Shown here: one piece after another, positions 19,013-28,798 of the stretch
How positions within the stretch are numbered: the stretch's first letter is position 1
Layout of the letters: each line of letters starts with the position of its first letter
IMG/VR virus record: IMGVR_UViG_3300029288_004944
Span: 32,001 to 96,000 of that record
Direction: 5' to 3' (one strand)
DNA: 64,000 nucleotides
Origin: a virus
Lineage: Duplodnaviria; Caudoviricetes
Notes under the pieces: generated by a model
What the model saw: the letters and a program-made list of their open reading frames with translations, nothing else
Told to the model about the DNA's origin: nothing
Databases searched by the model: none
Made by a program: the position numbers and the translations under genes

Positions 19013-20332
19013 TTAAACATTACCACCCGATGGTTTATCACTTGTCTCTCCTGACATATAAGAAGGTTGTTCTGTCGATTTATTACCCAATGTTGAATAA
19101 TCTTCCATGTTTACATCCTCCCATACTGTATCTACAACTTCGGTAACAGGATTTTTTTCGCCAGGTCCTTGATCTAAATTATCATTCTTTCCCCTATTTA
19201 GCAATTCCTCATTGATTTCTTTTATCTTCTCTACGCTTTCTTTCGTTAAGGTTCCTGCTAAAATCTTCTTTTTTGCTTCAATCAATTCATTATCGCTCAT
19301 TTGTTTTACTTGTTTCTCAAACGACGCTTCTGCTGTTATCGATCCTAAAAGATCCAATGTATACAATTTTTCTCCCGCTTTAACAAGAAACGTATCTTGA
19401 CCATAAAAAGAATGATCTTGCAACGATCTCAATAATCTCACTCTCGATACAATACTCTTTTTAAATTTATCATTGTCAAAGTTTTTAGATGCTATCCAAA
19501 CCCCCGATGAATCTTTCTCAAAAAGAACGTTATCAACAATCACCTGAGGATAATCCATTTTATCAAACATATTCGATACCACTCCGGCATTGATCAATAT
19601 ATGAGATATGTCAGAAGCAGAATCTTTATTATAACCCCTTGCCCTTAGCCCAACTACATACATAAGAGCATCCACATCTGCACTGCCGATCTTTTTCTTT
19701 TCCTTTTGATATGATTTCCAATAGTTTTTTAACTCATCTGCACCCTTACCACTGAAAAAATTATAGAAGTAATTAAACACTTCGCTGTAATCAGCATCTT
19801 TTTCTGCCACAACTAATTTCCCACTTTTTTCTTCAATATTTTCCTGTGGTTGTTCTACTTGTGCTTCATTTTGTGGCTCATTACCTCTTTCCTTGGGAGC
19901 CATTATAGATTGAATATATTCATTCAAAAGATTGTCAAAATTTTGATCTTGACCCGAATAAACATAAAAAAGCCCAAGCACTTTGTCCATCTCGCCTACG
20001 CCGGCGATCATTGCAGAACTTATGAATGAATCAATATTAATACCTGATTCCTGTTCAATTAATGCTTTATTGAATACCCTATTTGACAATGTAGGCGACT
20101 GCCTCACTTGCTCTTCGTATATCCCTTGGCCAGGCATCATCTGATCAGGGCTACCATTTTCAACAGCAGGATTTTGATTATTAATCTCAGAGCCAAAACC
20201 CGTATCGGAATTATCAGCCACAATCTTTTTTAAATTGCCAACAAAGTCGGTGTCCTGCCGTGTAGCCTGTTTCTTTACCCCTTCAATTTTTATTTCACAT
20301 TCTTTTAATAAGCCTTCAAAAAATTTAGACAT
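19013..20332 (-). CDS. Hypothetical protein, possible virion protein
   Basis: MSKFFEGLL; VKKQA and KKIVA motifs; AGGAGG RBS. Confidence 0.75.
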   Translation of the reverse strand: MSKFFEGLLKECEIKIEGVKKQATRQDTDFVGNLKKIVADNSDTGFGSEINNQNPAVENGSPDQMMPGQGIYEEQVRQSPTLSNRVFNKALIEQESGINIDSFISSAMIAGVGEMDKVLGLFYVYSGQDQNFDNLLNEYIQSIMAPKERGNEPQNEAQVEQPQENIEEKSGKLVVAEKDADYSEVFNYFYNFFSGKGADELKNYWKSYQKEKKKIGSADVDALMYVVGLRARGYNKDSASDISHILINAGVVSNMFDKMDYPQVIVDNVLFEKDSSGVWIASKNFDNDKFKKSIVSRVRLLRSLQDHSFYGQDTFLVKAGEKLYTLDLLGSITAEASFEKQVKQMSDNELIEAKKKILAGTLTKESVEKIKEINEELLNRGKNDNLDQGPGEKNPVTEVVDTVWEDVNMEDYSTLGNKSTEQPSYMSGETSDKPSGGNV

Positions 20333-20529
20333 AATAATTCCTCCTAAAATAAGTTAAATTATCAAAATATAGCAAAACAACCAAAATCAAGCATTTTATC
20401 ACTATATCACATAAGCACTATTTTACATAATAATAATTAACTTTACAATACTTATCATAAACATATTAAAGAGGTCAACACATCATACCCCTTCATATAT
20501 AGGGGAATTATAACCATTTTATAACCATT

Positions 20530-21258
20530 TTACTTTTCAGAATTCGGAAAATAATTATTCTTTTCCCTGCTCGTTTTTATTACTCCGTTAAAGATCTCAC
20601 GCTCTGCATTGCTCAATATGGCCAAATTATGCACATACATATGACAACTATGACATAAAATACAAGAATTTTTCGTTTGCTTGGGTAAAGATTCGCTCAT
20701 ACAATGACAATACAATCTATTATTATCCCCATCCCCACACATAACACACCTTTTATTATCTCTCTCAAACACAACATTATGAAATTTATCAACCAAATCC
20801 AATCTTTCCCTTTCTAAAATCACTATAGAATAAGGCATTTCAAGAATATCTCTATTTAACAAATCATTTATCAAAAGATAATGAGCCATATGCCCCCCTC
20901 TTGTCAAAGCAGATATTTCTTTGGATTTAATCTTCTTTCCCATTATAATCTTGCATAATTTCTGTAATCCCCTACTCAAATTCTTTGAAACAGCAGCCTG
21001 TGAGATCTTTAAAAATTTCGCAATTTGAGCCTCGGACATATGTTTCCATATTTTAAGAAATATAGCATCTCTTTGCTTAACAGTTAATTTTTTTAATGCA
21101 AGTTGCAAAACAAGTTCTTTTTCTATATGTTTTTTACTTTCTACGTTTTCTCTATAATCCGGGACAATTTCATTGTCGATCTTATATATTAGATCTTTTA
21201 CAATTTGCTCTCTTTCTTCGTTCTGCTCAATCTCATTCTCACTCATTAGAACCTCCAT
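20530..21258 (-). CDS. Sigma70 region-4-like HTH fused to a degenerate HNH domain
   Basis: LKKLTVKQRDAI...MSEAQIAKFLKISQAAVS..L.RG; VFERDNKRCVMCG...LCHSCH. Confidence 0.7.
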   Translation of the reverse strand: MEVLMSENEIEQNEEREQIVKDLIYKIDNEIVPDYRENVESKKHIEKELVLQLALKKLTVKQRDAIFLKIWKHMSEAQIAKFLKISQAAVSKNLSRGLQKLCKIIMGKKIKSKEISALTRGGHMAHYLLINDLLNRDILEMPYSIVILERERLDLVDKFHNVVFERDNKRCVMCGDGDNNRLYCHCMSESLPKQTKNSCILCHSCHMYVHNLAILSNAEREIFNGVIKTSREKNNYFPNSEK

Positions 21259-21553
21259 GTTTTTCTTGCATTTTTTTCTTATTTATAAATTCATTATAAA
21301 AATATATAACTCGTTCAGCATTCTTGATTAGAATAAATTCCAATGGGCTTGATACTTCCTGTATTCCCCACTCAGCATACCTGCGTTTCTTTGTGCCATC
21401 CATGGCAGCCAACTTCAATTTCTTTTCATTTTTATCCGGCAAGCCATTTAATATACTTTGTATTCTTTTACCGTCATCTTTCATCCTCTGAATAACATAT
21501 AACAAGGCTTCTTTTTCCACAACATAAGCATCATCTCCAAATATTTCTTCCAT
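21239..21553 (-). CDS. Hypothetical protein
   Basis: AGGAG RBS; 104 aa. Confidence 0.65.
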   Translation of the reverse strand: MEEIFGDDAYVVEKEALLYVIQRMKDDGKRIQSILNGLPDKNEKKLKLAAMDGTKKRRYAEWGIQEVSSPLEFILIKNAERVIYFYNEFINKKKMQEKHGGSNE

Positions 21554-21566
21554 AAAAAACTCTCCT

Positions 21567-22174
21567 CTAATTAAACCATTTTAATTCAGTCGTTCCCTTA
21601 AATCCTTTGACCCACACATACCACGCATAAGCAATTGCACTGCCCCCCCCCCTGCTACCATTGTCTCAAACTCAGCATTCTTTGCACACATCAATCTACT
21701 GCTTGAAACATATACTGTCTTTGGGGGATCTTTTAAAAATAATTTCTTTCGAGCCTTTCCTTCCATAAACTGCAATTTCAAAAACATTGCAACCTTTCGG
21801 CCATTAGGAATGATTTCCAATGCTTTCTCTATAAATTCTTGAGCATACTTATAGGGAGGATTAGTAATAATATCCCCATCCCAAGCCTGATTATCTATAC
21901 CTAAAAAATCTACTCCTGCCTCACCAAATCCCCTGTCCATTAGATCAGTACTTTTCACTTCATATCCTGTACTCTCAAAAACTTTACTCAAATGTCCTTC
22001 ACCACAAGCAGGTTCCCATATTTTATGATAAAAAGTTTCAAGTTGCAAAAGCAATTCAGCAGCCTTTGGCGTTGTTGCATAAAAATCTTCACTTTGCCTT
22101 TCTTCATCAGTATGATTGCTTGCTCCCAATGTTTTATATATACTATTAGAATTACCTGACCAATCTTTTGCCAT
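21567..22174 (-). CDS. DNA amino-methyltransferase, frameshifted at a G10 tract near the 3' end
   Basis: DFYATT, IWEPACGEG, IITNPPY; the family-typical tail SAIAYAWYVWVKGFKGTTELKWFN* lies in another frame after the C10 run at 21643-21652 (+ strand). Confidence 0.8.
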
Positions 22175-23160
22175 TATTTATTTCTCCTATCATTCCTAAT
22201 AAATCCACCTATCTCAGCAACCTCTTCATTTCCTACCACCTTATCCAACAATAAATTCATACCAAGAGAATCAGAAGCATAATGCCCCGCACAAATAACA
22301 TTAATTCTATGAGATTCAGCATTTTCAAACATATCAGGAGAAATGTGCATAACAAGCATTGTCTTTATTCCTGATGCGGACAATGAAGGCATAACTAATG
22401 TTGGAGCCTCAAGCCCCCCGGTCATATCAACCAAGACTTTACCCAACTTATTACTTAATTTACCTGCAACTACTCTTGGGCCAGAAGAATGTTCTGCCGC
22501 ATCAATATATTCGGGTTCATCATATAAACGTTTTAAAAGATCATTCACATCATCTGTCTCTTTAAAATTTGAAACCACATTATCTTCTAAATATTTCTGT
22601 AAACAATTATCGGATATAGTATGAGTGCACATATATTGAATACCCATTTTTGATGCCAATTGAGGCAACTGTTCATTATTATCCCCGAGGCAATCCTCTC
22701 TAACTTGTCTTGAAAATTTCTTATAAATATTTTTAAATTTAAACTCTTCACCATATTCAGAATCAATATCAACCATAACGCCATATTTTTTATAAATACC
22801 GATCTGCATATTTAAAACACGCCATAATTGACAATTTGCTTTTCCCTCAGGATGATGTGACCATGCAGCACAACTACAATCATGACCTTTCCCATATCTA
22901 TTTATATATTCCAATTCTCCGCTAAAAATATCTATACCCACAAACAATCTACCAAATTCAGTATCATTGTCAGCCAAAACAGATGAATCGGGGTAAGGAT
23001 TAACTAATAAAGATTTGTCAAAATATTTCTTTTCGTATTCCTCCAAATCATCATATTCTTTTTTAATATTATCTAAATCTTTTTGAACTGCCACTAATCC
23101 CCTCACATCATTCTCAATACCCACTTTTACTGCCCTTTTAAACAGATCGTTTATCTTCAC
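22174..23160 (-). CDS. NIF3 (NGG1p-interacting factor 3)-like metal-binding protein
   Basis: NPYPDS, VGID, SHHPEG, HT..DN, GHYASDSLGMN. Confidence 0.8.
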   Translation of the reverse strand: MKINDLFKRAVKVGIENDVRGLVAVQKDLDNIKKEYDDLEEYEKKYFDKSLLVNPYPDSSVLADNDTEFGRLFVGIDIFSGELEYINRYGKGHDCSCAAWSHHPEGKANCQLWRVLNMQIGIYKKYGVMVDIDSEYGEEFKFKNIYKKFSRQVREDCLGDNNEQLPQLASKMGIQYMCTHTISDNCLQKYLEDNVVSNFKETDDVNDLLKRLYDEPEYIDAAEHSSGPRVVAGKLSNKLGKVLVDMTGGLEAPTLVMPSLSASGIKTMLVMHISPDMFENAESHRINVICAGHYASDSLGMNLLLDKVVGNEEVAEIGGFIRNDRRNK

Positions 23161-24007
23161 AACACACCTCCTTTAACATTGGTTGAGATACATACCAAGA
23201 ATATAATTTAAGACTTTCTCTTACGGCATCATGAATATCAGGCATAAGCAAGCCATTCTCTTTCATCTTATCAGTATTCAAAACACAATTTGATCGTTTT
23301 GCCACGGTCATTTTATCAAGATCATCTCCTGATATCACTTTAAATGTATGGTCAGGATTAATAATTTCTTTATACATAGACATAATCTCTGCTGCTGAAA
23401 TAGTTCCGGGATTAACAAAATTAAAAACCCCCAACTTGCGTTGAGATATTGCTTGTCGCAAAGATCCAATCATGTGCGTAATAGTAGTCATGGAGTTTGG
23501 AATATCAATTACCTGCTTATACTTACTTACTTTATCTATAAAATTCTTTTCGTGAGGTATCTCATCTATGGGCATTCTTAATCTAACAATCAAACAAGGA
23601 AATTCTTTTAACGCTTTCTCGGCCAGAATCTTTGTCTTGGCATAAAATTGCGGACCATAAAAATTAGGCTCATCATCTTCTGAAAAACCTTTACCACCAT
23701 TATCCCCATCATACACACATCCACTACCCATATGAACAAAATAAATATTTCGCTTTGCACACTCAACACACAAGTTAACAGCACCAACAAGATTAGACAA
23801 TATTGTTTCTTCTTTGTGGGATTCACACCAATCAATATTACCAATACCTGTCTTAGCCACAGCATTAATTACAACATCAGGTTTTTCTCTATCCAAATAA
23901 GATCCAAGAGATAAAGCGTCCGTCGTATCTACACCCGTAGTAATATATCCCAAAACATTTGCAATTCTTGTACCTAAAAATCCCTTACCAAAAACTATAC
24001 CATGCAT
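23138..24007 (-). CDS. NDP-4-keto-6-deoxyglucose 3,5-epimerase/4-reductase (UER1/RmlD-like)
   Basis: G.GFLG; KTG..NIDWCESHK; GSGCVY; YAKTK; LRMPI; RSNC.L. Confidence 0.8.
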   Translation of the reverse strand: MHGIVFGKGFLGTRIANVLGYITTGVDTTDALSLGSYLDREKPDVVINAVAKTGIGNIDWCESHKEETILSNLVGAVNLCVECAKRNIYFVHMGSGCVYDGDNGGKGFSEDDEPNFYGPQFYAKTKILAEKALKEFPCLIVRLRMPIDEIPHEKNFIDKVSKYKQVIDIPNSMTTITHMIGSLRQAISQRKLGVFNFVNPGTISAAEIMSMYKEIINPDHTFKVISGDDLDKMTVAKRSNCVLNTDKMKENGLLMPDIHDAVRESLKLYSWYVSQPMLKEVCCEDKRSV

Positions 24008-24018
24008 GTCTACTCCTT

Positions 24019-24702
24019 CTATAAATTTAATTCAGGTTGATAATTAGTATCTACCAATCGTGTTTTAGCGATTTCAACATACTCAGGATTAAGATCAATA
24101 CCTATATATCTCCTGTCCAATTCTTTGCAAGCAACAGGGGTAGTGCCTGATCCCATAAAAGGATCAAGGACAAGATCTCCTGCATTGGAACTTATCTTAA
24201 TCAATTCTTTAAAAAGATCTAAATTCTTTTGCGTTGGATGAACTTTACTATGCCCACTTGAATATCTCAACACAGAGTTTCTGCAATGAGCATTAAACGT
24301 TGCTTTTGGTTTTTTACCATACACGCAGGGCTCTATACCAGAAAGCCAAACAAAATCTCCATTCATTGGCGAAGGATTTGTCTTCTCCCATATTATTACT
24401 CTTGTAGTCATATCAGCATCTGCCATTCCATTTTTCAATATAGCCAATTGCGACCACCCACAAAAAACATAAACTGATCCCTTGGTTATTCTTGTCAACT
24501 CTTTAATTAGCACGCCAACATCAAACCCCACAACATCGGCATCATTCTTATCGAGATTTCTCAAACCATTACTTTTTCTATTTACCTCGCCATAAGGAAT
24601 ATCTGTTAAAACCATGTCTATGCTATTGTCAGGTATAGCCTTTATGGCATCTAAACTATTTCCCTGAAAAACATTGTTAATATAATCATTTGGATATACC
24701 AC
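24019..24702 (-). CDS. DNA N6A/N4C methyltransferase (beta class)
   Basis: LTDIPY motif IV variant; HPTQK; DPFMGSGTT. Confidence 0.85.
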   Translation of the reverse strand: MVYPNDYINNVFQGNSLDAIKAIPDNSIDMVLTDIPYGEVNRKSNGLRNLDKNDADVVGFDVGVLIKELTRITKGSVYVFCGWSQLAILKNGMADADMTTRVIIWEKTNPSPMNGDFVWLSGIEPCVYGKKPKATFNAHCRNSVLRYSSGHSKVHPTQKNLDLFKELIKISSNAGDLVLDPFMGSGTTPVACKELDRRYIGIDLNPEYVEIAKTRLVDTNYQPELNL

Positions 24703-25424
24703 TATTCCCCCTTTTTATGTAAATATTCTTCTACTTTTCTCCTACTCTCATGTGTACCGGCATCCGACCAAAATCCCTGAACTACATGATAAGATAAACA
24801 ACCATTGTTTAAATAAGATTCATTAACGTCTGTTATTTCTAATTCTCCCCTGTCAGAAGGCTTTAATTTCTTTATTCTCGAAAAAACTCCCCAATCATAA
24901 ATATATAAACCCGTTACAGCCAAATTACTTTTTGGTTTTTTAGGCTTTTCTACGATAGAAATAATTTTATCATTTTTAATCTGTGCCACACCAAATCTGC
25001 AAGGATCATCCACCTTTTTCAAAAAGATCTTTGCTCCACACCATGAAGTACTGTATCCCCAATGTTCATATACTTCTTTAAAATTATCATCACCAAATAT
25101 ATTATCCCCAAGAATTACTACAATAGGACTATCTCCTGCAAAATCTTCTGCCAATAACAATGCCTGAGCAATACCTCCAGCCTTCTTTTGAACTCTATAA
25201 GTAAAATCCATATCAGGATGCTCTTTTGTAAGATAACTCACTATTGTTCCTATATGTTCCGATCCACTTACAACACAAATATCATTAACACCCATTTTTC
25301 TCAATGTAGCCAATGGATATTCAATCATTGGAACTTTACCAACAGCAACAAGATGCTTATTTAAAACAGATGTCAATTTTCCAAGCCTTGAACCTGTCCC
25401 ACCTGCCAATATTACTCCCTTCAT
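24702..25424 (-). CDS. Glucose-1-phosphate thymidylyltransferase (RmlA/SpsI-like)
   Basis: MKGVILAGGTGSRL; LGDN; EKP; RGELEITD; WSDAGT. Confidence 0.85.
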   Translation of the reverse strand: MKGVILAGGTGSRLGKLTSVLNKHLVAVGKVPMIEYPLATLRKMGVNDICVVSGSEHIGTIVSYLTKEHPDMDFTYRVQKKAGGIAQALLLAEDFAGDSPIVVILGDNIFGDDNFKEVYEHWGYSTSWCGAKIFLKKVDDPCRFGVAQIKNDKIISIVEKPKKPKSNLAVTGLYIYDWGVFSRIKKLKPSDRGELEITDVNESYLNNGCLSYHVVQGFWSDAGTHESRRKVEEYLHKKGE

Positions 25425-28255
25425 AATTTCTTCTCCCTCAAACAAGTTATGATATTGTTTGTATTGCTTTCTAATCTTTTAACCTCTTTACCATTAAAAT
25501 CATAAAAACTTGAAATTATCTCATCGAATCTCATCTTAATCTTTAATGGTAATACTTGAAAATCAATAAATTTTAAATAATGTGGCTCTCTGACAAAAAA
25601 ATCCACCATACCCAACAAAACTTTCATAAAATCTTTATACCCGGGAGTAAGTGAACATTTTTGAATTACAGATTTAAATATTTTACCATCCAATATCTTA
25701 TTCATACATCCAATGATCCATGATAAAATCTTACTATTATACTTAAATAATACTCTTAAAGCATCAACAATTGAAATCCAAAATTTTAATACTTTGGATT
25801 GAAGCATACTTATGATCATCTCATCATATTTATTTCTTAATCTTTTTGTCCATTCTCCCATTTGCTCTTTTTGTATTATACTAATATCTTTCTTGGTATC
25901 CTGTATCCTTTTTGCTTCATCAAAAAATTGACCAGCCTTATAAAAATTACATCTTTCCATTTCAATTACACCTGCATCATTATATGCCATCCAAAAATTT
26001 TTATCTTTCTGTCTTGCTATTTTCATATACTTTAAAGCATTAATCCAATCATGATAATCATAAAAATATTGAAGTCCCACAGCATGATAAGGCATAGCAC
26101 GATCAGGGGTTTGTTTAATCTGTGCCATATTCATTTTAAAATAATTAGACAATTTTTGTTTAACAAACTTTCTCTTTTTTAAATATCCAAAATGAAATAT
26201 CCTAAAATCTGCTCTTGCTGTACCAATTCTTTCCCCTCTCTTTTGTGCTGCAAATACAGATTCATCTATTTCTTCGTGCACTACTCCGGAAAAGAAAAAT
26301 CGTGGATCATTTTTATACATACGACATGTTTCAGAAAATGCCCACTTACCAAAATAATCTCCGACAATAGGATCTCTTAAAAAATTATGTATAGGGAAGA
26401 TCCATATATCAATATTGTCATCCTGAGATAACCACCAAAGCCGAGGTAAATCTGATTTCTCAATAATCTCATCGGCATCTAATCGTAATATCCATTTAGA
26501 ATTTGCACATCTTAAAGACATATTACGTGGGTTTGAAAATTCATTATTCCAAGGATAATGATATACTTTGGCACCACAAGACTGTGCAATTTCAACAGTT
26601 CTATCAGTACTTCCCGTATCAATAACTACACATTCATCAATCATTGGTTTAACTGAATTGATAGCGTTAGCAATATGCTCTTCTTCATTCTTGGCAATCA
26701 TTGACAAACAGATTGAATTATTTTCTATCCATTTTTTCTTAATCATTCCACCCTCATCGATTAAATGCCTATAAAAATCAGCATCCTGCACTACGGCTCT
26801 TTCATTCCCATAATACATTTTTTTATAATAAGGGGCATAACCACCAAGAATTAAACCTTCACTTTTACTTTTATCAACTTCGGTATACCATTTATATTTA
26901 CGTTCTCTATTTGCCCTATCAACATACCCATAATGTTTTACTCTTAAAAATGTTGTAGAACGGGTTTCATCCGGCATAAAAGGATGACTTCCGCAATGCA
27001 CAGATCCAAGTTCTTTTCTATAATAAATCTTTTGATTGGGTAAATTTCTAAATAACCTACCCTGCAACATTCCACCCCATATTCCATCAGCCCTATAATG
27101 ATCTTCATCATCCCAAAATGTAAAAACAGGAAAACAAAACAAATCTATATCAATATTATAATTCAAGATTGTCTGCATTGCATATTTACATTTATCCTCA
27201 AACATTTCATCGCCATCCATACAATACATCCACATACCATTCTTTTCTTTTGCCATTTGCAATAAAAAATTTCTATCATCTGCTTCTGCTCCACCCTTTT
27301 CCAAAGGAGGCTCTCTCTGCTCAACTCTTGTAACTATCGGATGCTCTTTACAGCATTCATACGTTCCATCGTTTGAATTACCATCAACAACGACAACTTC
27401 ACTACAAAACATCGCAGCCGTATCTAATGTTCTCTTAATATATTTTGCCATATTGCGGACACGCAACATTCCCACTATTTTCTTAGGTTGACCTATCTTT
27501 AAAATTCTATTCCACTTATCATAATATCTTTTCTTGTTCGTCTCAAACATTTCTCGGCCTTTATCAATACCATTCGCAGTAATAGTTTTGCTTCCATAAT
27601 GATATATAAATACATCTGTTGCTATAATATGCTTATATCCGGCAATACGCGACCTCCTACAAAGATCATTATCTTCCCACATTCCGGGAAAAAATTGCTC
27701 ATCAAACATTCCTATCTTTTCCACTACTTCTCTTTTGCACAATAAACACAATCCCACCACCGTAGAAACCTCAACTATCTGACCATGATATTGTTTATAA
27801 TGTTTTTCAGCGTATTCCAACACATTATCTAATGTGGGATCTGTTGATAATCCTGTTTGAACACATTGCCTTCCCCCTACATAATTACTAACAGGTCCAA
27901 CCATTCCTATTGGGGATATATAACACTTATCTTCCGGCATATTAATATAAAAAACCAATCTTTCAAGCCATCCCGGAGTCACAATAACATCATTATTAAA
28001 AAATAACACGTACTCCCATTGCTCATTCAATATGGATTTTAAACCAACATTCATTCCTCCGCCATATCCAAGATTCTCATTATTCAATATGACTTTGGCT
28101 CCTTCAATTGTTTTAATATACTCACGAGTTCCATCAGTTGATCCATTATCAACCAATATTAACTGATAAGGAATATTGGTAAACCTTTGCACACTATCAA
28201 TCATTCTTTTTGTTTATTGTAATCCATTAAACAAGGGAACTATAATCTTAACCAT
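25421..28255 (-). CDS. Triple GT2 glycosyltransferase with TPR-like tail; in-frame TAA at codon 14
   Basis: ATG 28255 with AAGAGAGG RBS gives MVKIIVPLFNGLQ*TKRMIDSV; three GT-A domains (DNGSTD/NNDV, DGNSND/DGDE, DTGSTD/DADE). Confidence 0.85.
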
Positions 28256-28360
28256 TCAAACCTCTCTTATTATTTTTTACTGCCACTCTTATCGTGTCAA
28301 ACAGTTAACCAACAACTCGACGAATTGAGCAAACTGTTAGGTAATCATTTTTAATTATTA

Positions 28361-28783
28361 TCAGGCAATTGCATCTCTATTTAGCGTCGGCATAGGTCTC
28401 ACAGATCTCTCCATTCTATCTCTCTCTGAATCCGTAGCTATTTCATTAGGAGATGAGGGTTCTGTCTGAGCAGAACTCCATATGCTATTATCAGTATTTC
28501 TTTCATTTATATTTCTATCTCTTGTCGATATTACTGCTTCAACTAAAGCATTCGTATCTCCCCATGATCTTGTTGATTTATGGAATTTTAAAAGAAATGT
28601 TAATAATTCCTGCAATTTACTCGAAAAATCCTTATCTTCATCAATCTCAACTTTCATTTTAATAATTTTTTCAATTTCTTTAAAATTTTCAGGATGTAAA
28701 AGAACTGTCAAACAAGCCAAAATTTCATCTCTTTTACTAACATCTCCACCCAACCTTTTTGCAATTTCTTTTGCTAAATCCAT
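28361..28783 (-). CDS. R10-L11 N-tagged protein, helical body
   Basis: Start re-called at 28783 (GGAGG RBS; MDLAKEIAKRLGGD). Confidence 0.7.
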   Translation of the reverse strand: MDLAKEIAKRLGGDVSKRDEILACLTVLLHPENFKEIEKIIKMKVEIDEDKDFSSKLQELLTFLLKFHKSTRSWGDTNALVEAVISTRDRNINERNTDNSIWSSAQTEPSSPNEIATDSERDRMERSVRPMPTLNRDAIA

Positions 28784-28798
28784 AATTCCTCCCAACAC

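Noticed and set aside
20340-20530. AT-rich gap with an ATAACCATTTT direct repeat and a small CCCCT/AGGGG hairpin as a replication origin
   Set aside because: Only two short repeats, no iteron or DnaA-box array and no change in gene orientation.
28265-28360. Intergenic inverted repeat (AACAGTT...AACTGTT) with a TTGACA
   Set aside because: Short stem, no good -10 at 17 bp and no recognisable riboswitch consensus; insufficient support.
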